Notes: generated by a model not told the origin, from the letters alone. A stretch of 64,000 nucleotides of DNA from Candidatus Latescibacterota bacterium (GCA_965248755.1 OZ252149.1:4384001-4448000), one strand, 5' to 3'; positions 22,917 through 33,701 are shown, counted from the stretch's first letter. Numbers and translations are program-made.

Positions 22917-23879
22917 ATGAAACGGGCATTGATAACTGGAATTACTGGTCAGGACGGATCTTATCTTGCCGAGTTTCTACTGGGGAAAGGATACAAGGTC
23001 TACGGCTTAATAAGGAGGAGTAGTACGGGACATCTTGAGAGAATCCATCATCTGGAGGACAAGATAATTACTCTACCTGGCGATCTTTTGGATCAGAATT
23101 CGCTTGTAAGTGCCCTCAAGGAGTCCGATCCTGATGAGGTCTATAACTTAGGAGCCCAGTCCTTTGTCGCTGCGTCCTGGTCTCAGCCTATACTGACGGG
23201 GGAGATCACCGGACTTGGGGTTACCAGCCTATTGGAGTCCATAAAGGCGGTAAAGCCAGACGCTAAATTCTACCAGGCGTCCACCAGTGAGATGTTCGGT
23301 AAGGTTCAAGCGAGTCCGCAAAACGAAAAGACGCCCTTTTATCCGCGCAGTCCTTACGGTGTATCTAAGCTTTATGGCCATTGGATAACTGTAAATTATC
23401 GTGAGAGTTACAATATATTCGCCTGTTCCGGCATATTGTTCAACCACGAATCTCCCAGAAGAGGGTTTGAATTCGTAACCAGAAAGATAACAAGCACTAT
23501 TGCAAAGATAAAGTGCGGATTGGCAGATAGACTAAGCCTCGGCGATCTGGATCCTGAAAGGGATTGGGGGTTCGCCGGAGACTACGTTGAGTCTATGTGG
23601 TTGATGCTGCAGCAGGATGAGCCGGACGAATACGTCGTGGCTACTGGAGTGGCTCACTCTGTCAGGGATTTAGTGAAACTGGCGTTCGAGTGCGTAGATA
23701 TGAATTGGGAGGACCATGTAGACATAGACAAGCAGTTCTTCAGACCGGCTGAGGTCAATAATTTGGTGGGCGATGCGACCAAGGCAAGAAAAAGGTTAGG
23801 CTGGGAGCCGAAGGTTACCTTTGAGGAACTGATAAAGATGATGGTGGAGTCAGACTTGGCCCTGTTCAGCCGAAAGTAG
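22917..23879 (+). CDS. gmd: GDP-mannose 4,6-dehydratase
   Basis: [43 protein letters not shown]. Confidence 0.97.
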   Translation: MKRALITGITGQDGSYLAEFLLGKGYKVYGLIRRSSTGHLERIHHLEDKIITLPGDLLDQNSLVSALKESDPDEVYNLGAQSFVAASWSQPILTGEITGLGVTSLLESIKAVKPDAKFYQASTSEMFGKVQASPQNEKTPFYPRSPYGVSKLYGHWITVNYRESYNIFACSGILFNHESPRRGFEFVTRKITSTIAKIKCGLADRLSLGDLDPERDWGFAGDYVESMWLMLQQDEPDEYVVATGVAHSVRDLVKLAFECVDMNWEDHVDIDKQFFRPAEVNNLVGDATKARKRLGWEPKVTFEELIKMMVESDLALFSRK

Positions 23880-23896
23880 AAGTCGTATTATCCCTT

Positions 23897-25018
23897 ATGT
23901 ATAATATATTAGTTATTGACTACAGGGATATTTCCCATCCCGAGGCCGGCGGCGCTGAGGTCCTTGTACATGAAATTTTCGGAAGGTTAGCCAACAGGGG
24001 ACATAGAATAACACTGCTATGTTCAGGCTACAAAGGCGGAAAAGTCAAGGAGTATATAGGAGGGATGAGGATCTTAAGGGTGGGCAATCAACACAATTTC
24101 AATTTTGTGGTGCCCTATGTCTACCGCAGGAGACTTAGCAAAAACAGCTACGATGCAATTGTGGAAGATATAAATAAGATTCCATTTTTTATGCCTCTTT
24201 TTTCAAATACCTGTGTCCTGCCTGTGCTGCCTCATGTCTTCGGAACGACACTGTTCAAGCAGGCGCCTTTTCCGTTGGCTCTGTATGTGTACAGCTACGA
24301 GAAACTCATCCCTTTCGTATATAGAAACTGTAAGATCTCAGTCCTGTCCCAAAGCACGAAGGAAGATCTTATCGAAAGAGGACTGCCCGAGGAGAATCTA
24401 CAGGTTATACATCCAGGGGTGGACCGGATTCTATATAATACAGGCGATGGAGTTGCAAAGGACTCTTCCCCGATAATCCTCTACGTTGGGAGGATAAAGC
24501 AGTATAAGTGCATAGATCACGTAATACGGGCTATGCCGAGAATTTTGCATAGGGTGCCAGACGCTCATTATCTTGTCGCAGGGACGGGAGATTATTTAGA
24601 TAGTTTAAGACGTTTGACGTCGAAATTGGGTTTAGATGACAACGTTAAGTTCTTGGGGTACATAAGCCATGACGAAAAGGTGGACCTTATGAGGAGGGCG
24701 AGGCTTTTGGTCTATACGTCTCCGAAGGAGGGCTGGGGCCTGTCGGTGGTCGAGGCTAACGCCTGCGGGACGTGCGCGGTGGCAAGCCGATCTCCGGGGC
24801 TTAAGGATGCTGTGGTAGATGGAGAGACGGGGATTTTGGTGGAGCATGGAGATATAGAGGGCCTTGGGGAGGCGATAGCTAACGTGCTGTCGAACAATGC
24901 TCTGAGGGAAAGGCTTTCGAGAAACGCACGCGCCTGGTCCCAAAACTTCAGCTGGGAGAGGGCGGCAGATAAGACGCTTGAACTGATTGAGCAGGCGATC
25001 GAAGGGACGGATAGTTGA
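23897..25018 (+). CDS. Glycosyltransferase family 4
   Basis: HPEAGGAE, YVGRI, EGWGLSVVEANACG. Confidence 0.92.
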   Translation: MYNILVIDYRDISHPEAGGAEVLVHEIFGRLANRGHRITLLCSGYKGGKVKEYIGGMRILRVGNQHNFNFVVPYVYRRRLSKNSYDAIVEDINKIPFFMPLFSNTCVLPVLPHVFGTTLFKQAPFPLALYVYSYEKLIPFVYRNCKISVLSQSTKEDLIERGLPEENLQVIHPGVDRILYNTGDGVAKDSSPIILYVGRIKQYKCIDHVIRAMPRILHRVPDAHYLVAGTGDYLDSLRRLTSKLGLDDNVKFLGYISHDEKVDLMRRARLLVYTSPKEGWGLSVVEANACGTCAVASRSPGLKDAVVDGETGILVEHGDIEGLGEAIANVLSNNALRERLSRNARAWSQNFSWERAADKTLELIEQAIEGTDS

Positions 25019-25992
25019 AGAGATTTCTAATCTCGGCCATAAAGATATGCGTGAGTCTGGGATTGATCGCCCTTCTGCTTTACAAAATAGGTCTTGAGCG
25101 TCTCTTTTTAGATATAAGTTCTGCAAGGTTGGACTATGTCCTCATTGCGATTTTGATATTTGTGCTGAGCATGTTGTTAGGGACTGCCCAGTGGTATCTT
25201 CTCCTTGTAGCTCAGGGTATCCAAATCTCTTTTGGCAAGGCTGCCTTGTTCTACTTTATTGGGATGTTCTTCAATAACGTCCTTCCGGGGAATATAGCGG
25301 GGGATGCGGTTCGAGTCTATGACGTAAGGAGACTGTCAGGTGAGGGGAGCAGGGCGTTCGCAGCGACGTTTATGGACAGGTTCCTGGGGTTTTTTTTCCT
25401 GATATCCTTTTCTATTGCAGCTTTTGCATTTTCGCCCGAGCTTTGGGACTACAGGTTGCTCGTTTTTTCTATAGGATTACTGTGCCTCGTGTTAGCAGGT
25501 GCGCTTTGCGTTGTGCTGAGCAGGAGACTCGGAACTTTAGCTGAGAACGCCGCACTTGCGGTCGCTCCCACGTGGATAGCTGAGAGGCTAAAGAAGGTGA
25601 AGGAGGCTCTATTCTTGTATCGTTCGAGGCTGAGGCTGCTCTGCTGCGTAGCTTTGATTTCACTGTGCGTTCAAGTTCTGAGGATCGCCGTGCACTACGT
25701 CGCAGGTCTGTCGTTAGATTTGGATGTGGGATTCAAATACTTTCTGGTCTTTGTGCCTTTGGTAGCTATATTCGGGAGCCTTCCTATATCGTTCGGCGGA
25801 TTCGGAGTAATGGAGACTATAGAAGTTCTATTCTTTAGTCTGTTAGATGTGGAAAGTTCTACTGCTTTTTCCATAGGGCTCCTGGCTCGGTTTGCAGGTA
25901 TAGCTTCAAGCGTTATAGGAGGAGTCCTATTTGTGATGAGAAGAGGCGAGAGGGAGCCCCAGGATGTGGAGGTACAGAGACTTCGAGATTGA
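25015..25992 (+). CDS. LPG-synthase TM / UPF0104 flippase-like membrane protein
   Basis: FFNNVLPGNIAGDAVR, DRFLG, LPISFGGFGVME; polytopic. Confidence 0.85.
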   Translation: MKRFLISAIKICVSLGLIALLLYKIGLERLFLDISSARLDYVLIAILIFVLSMLLGTAQWYLLLVAQGIQISFGKAALFYFIGMFFNNVLPGNIAGDAVRVYDVRRLSGEGSRAFAATFMDRFLGFFFLISFSIAAFAFSPELWDYRLLVFSIGLLCLVLAGALCVVLSRRLGTLAENAALAVAPTWIAERLKKVKEALFLYRSRLRLLCCVALISLCVQVLRIAVHYVAGLSLDLDVGFKYFLVFVPLVAIFGSLPISFGGFGVMETIEVLFFSLLDVESSTAFSIGLLARFAGIASSVIGGVLFVMRRGEREPQDVEVQRLRD

Positions 25993-26002
25993 GGTGAGAG
26001 CA

Positions 26003-26933
26003 ATGCAGGAACCCGCATATATACGCATGTATGAGTCCGGTAAGTTTGAAGATAGAGTCGAGAGGGCACTGTCTCTCCTTGAGGATTGCCGCGTCTGTCC
26101 TCGGGATTGCAGTGTAAACCGAGCTCGAGGATGAATATGGCGTGTGTCACACCGGACGCTGGGCGGCCGTGGGAAGCTATTTTCCTCACTTCGGCGAGGA
26201 AGATTGCCTGAGAGGATGGAACAGATCGGGTACTATCTTCTTCTCCTACTGCAACTTAAAGTGCGTCTTCTGTCATAATTTTGACATAAGTCAGGAGGGC
26301 AAAGGGAGAAAGGTAAATCCGGATGAACTTGCGGGGATGATGATAGAGCTTCAGGAAAGGGGCTGTCACAACATCAACTTTGTGACTCCTGAGCACGTGG
26401 TTCCCCAGATGATGGAGGCGCTTCCCATCGCAATCGAGCGCGGCCTTCATCTCCCTTGAGTCTATAATACGAGCGGGTACGATTCGTTGGACAGTCTGGA
26501 ACTCCTGGACGGGGTAATAGACATCTATATGCCCGACTTTAAGTTCTGGGACTCTGAGACATCCCGAAGGCTGGTCAAGGCTGTGGGGTATCCCAAAGCT
26601 GCAAAAGCCGCGATCAGGGAAATGCATCGGCAGGTGGGCGATTTAACTTTTGATGAAATGGGCTTGGCACAGCGAGGTCTATTAGTGCGTCACCTGATTA
26701 TGCCCGGCGGATTGGCTGGAACTCGGGATGTGATGAGGTTCATGGCTCACCAGATTTCCCCTGATACATATTTGAATATAATGTCTCAGTACAGGCCCGA
26801 AGGGAAGGCCCATCTTTATCCGGAGATAGATAGGTCTGTAACTGTTTCGGAATACGAGGAGGCTATAAGTATAGCTGAGGAGGAGGGACTGCATCGTTTC
26901 GACGAGCGGAGGAAGACTCTTGTGAACCTGTAG
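26003..26933 (+). pseudogene. PflX-like radical SAM protein pseudogene
   Basis: CRVCPRDC, frameshift near 26120, HFGEE...CNLKCVFCHN, in-frame TGA at 26457-26459 in LP*VYNTSGY, then DIYMPDFK and RHLIMPG. Confidence 0.85.
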
Positions 26934-27050
26934 TAATGCTATGAGTCTTATCGTGTATCTATAAGCAAGGGAGTACATTACAGCGATACTCTAATAGATC
27001 GGTTGAAGTATTTGTTTGATCTTAGATAATCGTTTCGGGAAGATAAGAAG

Positions 27051-27866
27051 ATGAACGATCAGATATACAAAGTGCTTGTCCCATTGATTTATGGGATGAG
27101 TTCTATTCTCTACGTAGTTAATTTTGCAGAGAAGAAGAAGGGTGTGGGAAGGTTCGCGACCGGACTTTTGTACGTGGGATGGGCAGTTCATATCACCTTC
27201 TTGGCCATAAGGGCATTAGGTTCGGGCCACATTCCGTTTGCCAGTTTAGGCGAAGCTCTGTCAATTTGCGCGTTGATGGTCTGCTCGGTATATATGTATC
27301 TGGAATTCAGCAGCAAGGACAGATCGCTGGGGGCTTTTCTTATCCCTGTGGCGACGCTTATACAGACTGCGGGTTCAGTGATGATAAAGGGAGTAGCTCC
27401 TCTGCCAGAGAATTTGAGCAGTGGATGGTTTGAAACGCACGTATCTGCCTCGCTTGTAGCGTATACGGCGTTTGCAATTTCGTGTATGAGTTCCATTATG
27501 TACATATTCCTGTTCGACGAGATTCACGCCAAGCATCTGGGTTTCTTTTACAAGAGATTGCCCCCTTTGGCCACTTTAGATCACATAAATTACAGAGCGG
27601 CAATGACGGGCTTCTGGTTTATGACTTTAGGCATTATGTCAGGGTCGCTGTGGGCATCCAGCGCCTGGGAGGGATTCTGGCAGTGGGACATCAAGCTTAT
27701 AAGCTCGTTTGCAATATGGATCCTGTACGGGGTCCATCTGTTCGGGAGGATGACCGCAGGATGGCAGGGCAAAAGGGCTGCTCATCTTTCTATCGCAGGC
27801 TTTGTCCTTGTCCTGTTTACATTTTCGGTGACGAGTATATTACCTGTGGGAAAACATGTTTTCTAA
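27051..27866 (+). CDS. ccsA: Cytochrome c assembly / HemX-type membrane protein
   Basis: LPPLATLD, GSLWA...WQWDIK (WWD motif), GWQGKRAA; located in the hem cluster. Confidence 0.85.
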   Translation: MNDQIYKVLVPLIYGMSSILYVVNFAEKKKGVGRFATGLLYVGWAVHITFLAIRALGSGHIPFASLGEALSICALMVCSVYMYLEFSSKDRSLGAFLIPVATLIQTAGSVMIKGVAPLPENLSSGWFETHVSASLVAYTAFAISCMSSIMYIFLFDEIHAKHLGFFYKRLPPLATLDHINYRAAMTGFWFMTLGIMSGSLWASSAWEGFWQWDIKLISSFAIWILYGVHLFGRMTAGWQGKRAAHLSIAGFVLVLFTFSVTSILPVGKHVF

Positions 27867-27905
27867 ATATAGCCGATCCGTAGCATAAATCGGGGGAATA
27901 TTATT

Positions 27906-28781
27906 GTGGAACGTAATATAGATTTAACCGTAAACGGTAGGGCTTTCAGTGTAGAAGTTGATAAAGAGAGGAGCCTTATATCGGTCCTGAGGGACGATTT
28001 AAGCTTCAGAGAGGTTAAGCAGGAATGCGACGACGGCTCGTGCCGTTCTTGCACCGTTATGATGGGAAAACAGGAGGTGCGTCCACTCCGTGCGGTAAAG
28101 TCATGCACTATCAAGGCTGTGGAGGCTGATGGAACAAAGATCCAGACAGAAAAACTCTATTATCCTATGTTCGTGGATATTATGGGCAGGAGGTGCCTTG
28201 TGGTGGGAGGGGGAGAGGTGGCGTGCAGGAAGGTTGAGGCTATTTTGAAGTACGGAGCAAAAGTGTACGTAATCAGCCCTGAGTTTAACGTAGAGATGGA
28301 GAGCATGATAAAGGATAGAGTGGTGACTGCGGAAAAGAGAGAGTTTAAAAGGGGTGATCTTGATGGATTCTTTCTGGTGATAGGGGCAACGGATGACAAC
28401 AGTGTGAACAGAGAGATCTACGCCGAGGCTGAGGAGAGGGGGATTTTGTGCAATATTGTGGATGTGCCTCATCTATGCGGCTTTATAGTGCCCTCAATTG
28501 CAAAGAGAGGAGCGCTCCAGATAGCTATCTCTACCGCAGGCAAGAGCCCTGCATTTTCGAGGACCCTGAGGGAGAAGTTTGAAGAGGAGTTCGGGGATGA
28601 GTACTCCCAGTTTTTAGAGGTTATGGGTGGATTGAGAGAGGTTGTGAAGGATAAGTACCCTGAAGATGAGAACAAACGCAAAGAGATCTTTGAACGTCTT
28701 GTAAGGTCTGATCTTTTGGATTCCATAAGGATCAAGGATGAGGAAAGGATTCAGGAGATATTGTCGGAATGCACATCTTAG
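27906..28781 (+). CDS. [2Fe-2S] (CoxS-type) domain fused to precorrin-2 dehydrogenase/sirohydrochlorin ferrochelatase (SirC/Met8p-like)
   Basis: N-terminal CDDGSCRSC...SC; then YYPMFVDI, LVVGGGEVA, NIVDVPHLCGF, AISTAGKSP. Confidence 0.88.
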   Translation: MERNIDLTVNGRAFSVEVDKERSLISVLRDDLSFREVKQECDDGSCRSCTVMMGKQEVRPLRAVKSCTIKAVEADGTKIQTEKLYYPMFVDIMGRRCLVVGGGEVACRKVEAILKYGAKVYVISPEFNVEMESMIKDRVVTAEKREFKRGDLDGFFLVIGATDDNSVNREIYAEAEERGILCNIVDVPHLCGFIVPSIAKRGALQIAISTAGKSPAFSRTLREKFEEEFGDEYSQFLEVMGGLREVVKDKYPEDENKRKEIFERLVRSDLLDSIRIKDEERIQEILSECTS

Positions 28782-30067
28782 CTGTAGGTTTGAGCTATCA
28801 CACGGCTCCTGTGGAGATAAGGGATAAGGTGGCGTTTCTGCCACACGGCTTGGACGAATCTTTAGAGGCTTTGAAGTCTCAGGAAGATTTCAAGGAGTCC
28901 TTGATCTTATCTACGTGCAACAGGAGCGAGCTTTACGCTGTGTGTGAAGATGCCGGGTCAGGTCGGGAGCGTCTCTTTTCGTTCTTTTCGGACTTTCACA
29001 ATGTGGATCTGGAGGAGTTAAAGCCGTATCTGTTCTGCCTTGTAGATGGTGAAGCGGTAAGACACACGTTTTCAGTGGCGTGCGGATTGGAGTCTATGGT
29101 TATGGGCGAACCCCAGATCGCAGGCCAGGTGAAGGAAGCGCATCAAAGGGCGATGGAGCGAAAGACTACAGAAGTGCTGCTGAATCGCCTCTTTATGGCT
29201 GCAGCTGAGGTGTCGAAGAGGGCAAGGACTGAAACCAGGATAAGTGAGGGACCGGTGTCCATCAGCTTTGCGGCTGTCGAGCTTGCAAAGAAGGTGTTCG
29301 ACCGCCTGGAAGGTAGAACAGCTCTCTTGATAGGGGCAGGTGAGATGTCAGAGCTTACGGCTATTCATCTTTCCTCAAACGGGATAAGTTCGATTATTAT
29401 AGCCAACAGGACCCTGGAGCGGGCAGCTCAATTAGCGGAGAGAATCGGAGCTAAGCCCGTAGCTTTTCAGGAGGGCATAAACTATCTGGATAAGGCTGAT
29501 ATAGTGGTGAGTTCGACGAGCGCGCCTTACTACGTGCTGGGAGCAGATGACGTAGCTCGTGTGATGAGGAGGAGAAATAACAATCCGATATTTTTCATTG
29601 ACATAGCTGTGCCGAGGGATATTGACCCGGAAATTGGGAATCTTTATAATGTGTTTCTGTACAATATAGACGATATAGAGTCTGTTGTGTCTGATAATTT
29701 GATGAAGCGGCAGGAGGAGGCACAGAAGGCAAGGGTTATCATAGATGAGGAACTTGAAAAATTCCTCTCGTGGTGGGGTTCTTTAGATGTTGTTCCTACT
29801 ATTAAGTCTTTGAGAGAGAAGTTTCAAAAGGCGCTTGACATGGAATTGAATCGTCTAAAATCAAAGATGGACAATCTGTCTTATGAGCAAAAGGAGATGG
29901 TCCTAATGCTTATGAGAGGTTATATGAATAAGCTTTTGCATTCTCCGACTACAAGGCTAAAAGAGGCAGTAAATTCCAACGACGGCCTGGAGTATGTGAG
30001 CTCAATAAGGTATCTGTTCGATCTGGATTCGGAGCCCAAGCACGAAAAAGTAGACAGCAAAGAGTAA
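28769..30067 (+). CDS. hemA: Glutamyl-tRNA reductase
   Basis: HTAPVEIR, STCNRSE, GLESMVMGEPQI, IGAGEM, DIAVPRDI. Confidence 0.98.
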   Translation: MHILAVGLSYHTAPVEIRDKVAFLPHGLDESLEALKSQEDFKESLILSTCNRSELYAVCEDAGSGRERLFSFFSDFHNVDLEELKPYLFCLVDGEAVRHTFSVACGLESMVMGEPQIAGQVKEAHQRAMERKTTEVLLNRLFMAAAEVSKRARTETRISEGPVSISFAAVELAKKVFDRLEGRTALLIGAGEMSELTAIHLSSNGISSIIIANRTLERAAQLAERIGAKPVAFQEGINYLDKADIVVSSTSAPYYVLGADDVARVMRRRNNNPIFFIDIAVPRDIDPEIGNLYNVFLYNIDDIESVVSDNLMKRQEEAQKARVIIDEELEKFLSWWGSLDVVPTIKSLREKFQKALDMELNRLKSKMDNLSYEQKEMVLMLMRGYMNKLLHSPTTRLKEAVNSNDGLEYVSSIRYLFDLDSEPKHEKVDSKE

Positions 30068-30106
30068 ACAGCATTGAGCGGAAAGGTGCTCCTGCCTGCT
30101 GTCTAC

Positions 30107-30180
30107 GAGATTGCTTCGCTGGTAATAACAAGTTATTCGCTATTGATGCTTTATGTCACTGCTCGCCGCAAAGCAATCTC
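30107..30180. repeat. REP/BIME-like palindromic repeat, locus 1
   Basis: GAGATTGCTTCG ... GTCACTGC...AAGCAATCTC inverted pair. Confidence 0.65.
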
Positions 30181-30282
30181 AATAGTGAGAACTGAATGAC
30201 CCCGAGAGGTGGTCTAACATTTGCCTGCTAATCTTAATATGTAATTTGGGCGTGCAAGTCTTACACACAAGGAAAGAAGTGA

Positions 30283-31257
30283 ATGCGAATACATAGAAGA
30301 AGGCAGATAATTATAGGCACAAGGGGCAGCAGGTTAGCTCTGTGGCAGTCTGGGTTTGTCAGGGATCTTCTTAAGGATAAGTTCCGGGAGCTTGATGTGG
30401 AACTGAAGGCGATAAAGACCAAAGGTGACGTGGTTCTGAACGCTCCACTGTCGAAGATAGGCAGGAAGGGCGTGTTTACAAGAGAGATCGAAAATGAGCT
30501 TTTAAACGGAAATATAGATATAGCTGTGCACAGCATGAAGGATCTTCCGACAGAGCTTCCCGAAGGGCTAACCGTTGGGGCTATACCTAAAAGAGATGAC
30601 GTAAGGGATGTCCTCGTATCCAGAGATCAAAAGGGTCTCCAGCAGCTTGCTGAGGGTTCGAGGATAGGGACAAGCAGTCTCAGGAGGCGGGCTCAGCTTG
30701 CAACTTTGAGAAATGATCTCGACTTTGCGGACATAAGGGGGAATATAGATACGCGTTTAAAGAAATTAGATTACGGGGACTACGACGCACTCATCCTGGC
30801 TTCTGCGGGCCTGGAGAGGATGGGCTGGAAAGATAAGATAACGGAATATATATCTCCGCAGATATGCCTTCCGGCTCCGGGCCAGGGGGCATTAGGCGTG
30901 GAGATCCGCCAGGATGACAGGCGCGTTTTGGAGTTCGTATCTGTCCTTGAAGATGAGGACACAAGACTCGTGGTCGAGGCCGAAAGGGGTTTTCTGCGGG
31001 GACTGGGAGGAGGATGTCAAGTACCAATCGGCGCCTGGGGGAGAATAGAGGATGACAGCCTCTGCCTTGAGGGTGTGGTTGCCCTGCTGGACGGCAGTAA
31101 ACTGCTCAGGGAGATGGTAGTTGAGAGCAAATCAGACGCCGGCGGGACAGGCAAAAAGTTAGCGGACATGCTCATAGAAAAAGGCGCTGATAGAATACTG
31201 GAAAATGTGCTGACAGAGGCGGAGCGTCCTCCTCAAAACGCTTCAGAGACTGTCTAA
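30283..31257 (+). CDS. hemC: Hydroxymethylbilane synthase
   Basis: GTRGSRLALWQ, AVHSMKD, GTSSLRR, RGNIDTRL, GGGCQVPI. Confidence 0.98.
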   Translation: MRIHRRRQIIIGTRGSRLALWQSGFVRDLLKDKFRELDVELKAIKTKGDVVLNAPLSKIGRKGVFTREIENELLNGNIDIAVHSMKDLPTELPEGLTVGAIPKRDDVRDVLVSRDQKGLQQLAEGSRIGTSSLRRRAQLATLRNDLDFADIRGNIDTRLKKLDYGDYDALILASAGLERMGWKDKITEYISPQICLPAPGQGALGVEIRQDDRRVLEFVSVLEDEDTRLVVEAERGFLRGLGGGCQVPIGAWGRIEDDSLCLEGVVALLDGSKLLREMVVESKSDAGGTGKKLADMLIEKGADRILENVLTEAERPPQNASETV

Positions 31258-31315
31258 ACGCTGATCGCGAAATGGTCAGGCAAGGAGCAGTAATCATTAA
31301 TCAGGAGTTACACAC

Positions 31316-32152
31316 ATGAAACTGAGCTCAGCAACTTTTACATGGCCTCTCCTGCCCATGGATGGGGCCGCTGCGATCTTGAGTCTCTTGGGCTTTGAAT
31401 ACGTGGACATCTCCGGCTACACAGATGCCCCGTTTGAGACGATTACGCCGTGGCAGATCTCCGACGATCCGGACGGGGCGAAGGCAAAGGTGAATGCCAT
31501 GCAAAGGGAGCATGGACTTCAGCCGGCGGACTACTTCTTCAGTTTCGGCGAGGGCTTTAAGGGGTATCCGGTGAATCACCCGGACCCTGACGTTCGAAAG
31601 AGGAACCGGGAGACGTTTGAGAATGTCGTGTCCTTTTGCAAGGATCTCGGCTTTTCTCACATCACTCTCCTGCCGGGTGCTATCTGGAATGACCTGGGAC
31701 CTGAACGATCGCTCGAACTTTCGGCTGAGGGACTAAGCGAAATTGTGGCTATCGGAGGTGAAGTAGGCATCCCGGTCGGAATCGAGCCACACTGGGAGTC
31801 CGTAGTTGAGACCATCGAAAGGACACAGCGTCTCTTAGAGATGGTGAACGGCCTGACGCTGACTTTAGATTACACCTATTTTATCGCTCAGGGCGTCGAG
31901 CAGTCCGAAGTGGATGTCCTTGCTCCTCACGCCTCGCACTTTCACGCACGGCAGGGGGCACCCGGACATGTCCAGATGGGAATGGACGACGGGACGCTGG
32001 ACTATGAGCAGATCGTGCAAGTCCTAAAAGGAGCGGGCTACGACGGCTTTCTGACGCTGGAGTACACCTACCAGGAGTGGAAGGGCTGCTATAAGACGGA
32101 GAACATCTCTGAGACAATGCGTCTGACTGATCAGTTGAGGGAATTGATCTAA
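31316..32152 (+). CDS. Sugar phosphate isomerase/epimerase (xylose isomerase-like TIM barrel)
   Basis: GIEPH, LTLDYTY, HFHAR, GYDGFLTLEY. Confidence 0.8.
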   Translation: MKLSSATFTWPLLPMDGAAAILSLLGFEYVDISGYTDAPFETITPWQISDDPDGAKAKVNAMQREHGLQPADYFFSFGEGFKGYPVNHPDPDVRKRNRETFENVVSFCKDLGFSHITLLPGAIWNDLGPERSLELSAEGLSEIVAIGGEVGIPVGIEPHWESVVETIERTQRLLEMVNGLTLTLDYTYFIAQGVEQSEVDVLAPHASHFHARQGAPGHVQMGMDDGTLDYEQIVQVLKGAGYDGFLTLEYTYQEWKGCYKTENISETMRLTDQLRELI

Positions 32153-32156
32153 AGCT

Positions 32157-33701
32157 ATGAGCAGGGCAAAGGTCTATCTAGTCGGCGGTGGTCCGGGTGA
32201 CCCGGGTCTGATCACACTGAAGGGATTGGACTGCATTAAGCAGGCCGACGTTTTAGTATACGATTATTTAGTTGACGGGAGGCTCGTGGATGAGGCTGGA
32301 GAAGATTGTGAGAGGGTGTACATGGGTAAGAAGGCGGGAGAGCATACTCTAAGGCAGGAGGAGATAAACGATCTCCTTGTGGAAAGAGCGAAAAGAGGCA
32401 AAGTGGTGGTCAGGTTGAAGGGAGGCGATCCCTTTGTGTTCGGTCGAGGTGGAGAGGAGGCCTTAGCTCTGTCTGAGGCGGGAGTTGAGTTTGAAGTAGT
32501 CCCCGGCGTGACTGCGGCTGTCGCTGCTCCCGCTTATGCGGGGATTCCCCTGACGCACAGGGGACTGACTTCGACGCTGGCTCTGATTACGGGACATGAA
32601 GATCCCACAAAGGAAGGGTCGGATATAGATTGGAGCAGTATTTCGACGGGGATCGGAACTCTGGTCTTTTTTATGGGTGTGGGGAATCTTCCCGGCATAG
32701 TCAAGAAATTGGTGGAGAACGGCAGATCCCAAGACACACCTGTGGCTCTGATCAGATGGGGGACCAAGCCCTGTCAGATGACGGTTGTGGGATCTTTGAG
32801 GGATATTGTAGAGAAGGTCGAGTCGCACGATCTGAAGCCCCCAGCGGTTATTGTCGTAGGCGACGTTGTGAAGCTGAGAGAAAATCTGAACTGGTTTGAA
32901 AACAAGCCTCTGTTTGGAATGAGGATACTGGTCACACGTTCGAGAGATCAGGCAAGCGAACTCTCCAGAAGACTCGAGGATTTCGGGGCCCTTGCCATGG
33001 AGTTTCCCACGATAAGCATAAAAGAACCTCATGATTGGAGGCCGCTGGATAACGCTATAAGGAAGATCGTATCTTTCGACTGGATCGTCTTTACCAGCGC
33101 AAATGGTGTGGACAAGTTCTTCCTTCGTTTCTTTCAGTTGGTAGGGGATATTCGAAAGTTGGGGGGGATCAAGATATGCGCTATAGGCCCAGCGTCAGCA
33201 GAGAGAATAGAGAGACGCTATATAAAGGTCGACCTTCTGCCCGAGTCTAATACCTCTGATTCTATAGTTTCGGCTTTTGGGAAAATGGGGAATATCTCCG
33301 GGCTGAAATTTCTGCTCCCGAGGGCAGATATAGCGGGGGATTTCCTCCCTGATCATTTGAGAAGAACGGGAGCCGAAGTGGTGAACGTCGCAGCTTACAG
33401 AAATGTAAGACCGGAAAGAGTGGACGATGGGATCTTGGCTTTGTTGAAAGAAGGCAAAGTGGATATGATGACGTTTGCGAGTTCGTCCACTGTTAAGAAT
33501 ATTGCAGATATTATTGGTAAAGAACGGTTTAAGGACATTATAAATGATGTGAAAGTGGCTTCTATCGGCCCTGTGACATCCAGAACTATACTGGAATTGG
33601 GAGGAAAGATCGATATCGAGGCGGATGAAAATAATATCACTATACCAGGCTTAGTTGACGCTATAGTCTCTTATTATTCACGATTACAAGCAGACACGTG
33701 A
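32157..33701 (+). CDS. cobA: Uroporphyrinogen-III C-methyltransferase / synthase fusion (CobA/HemD)
   Basis: LVGGGPGDPGLIT, RLKGGDPFVFGRGGEE; HemD half with ILVTRS, FTSANGV, IGP. Confidence 0.96.
   Translation: MSRAKVYLVGGGPGDPGLITLKGLDCIKQADVLVYDYLVDGRLVDEAGEDCERVYMGKKAGEHTLRQEEINDLLVERAKRGKVVVRLKGGDPFVFGRGGEEALALSEAGVEFEVVPGVTAAVAAPAYAGIPLTHRGLTSTLALITGHEDPTKEGSDIDWSSISTGIGTLVFFMGVGNLPGIVKKLVENGRSQDTPVALIRWGTKPCQMTVVGSLRDIVEKVESHDLKPPAVIVVGDVVKLRENLNWFENKPLFGMRILVTRSRDQASELSRRLEDFGALAMEFPTISIKEPHDWRPLDNAIRKIVSFDWIVFTSANGVDKFFLRFFQLVGDIRKLGGIKICAIGPASAERIERRYIKVDLLPESNTSDSIVSAFGKMGNISGLKFLLPRADIAGDFLPDHLRRTGAEVVNVAAYRNVRPERVDDGILALLKEGKVDMMTFASSSTVKNIADIIGKERFKDIINDVKVASIGPVTSRTILELGGKIDIEADENNITIPGLVDAIVSYYSRLQADT

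Noticed and set aside
26003..26130. Programmed frameshift in the PflX-like gene
   Set aside because: No slippery sequence is evident and a second lesion (TGA 26457) indicates decay
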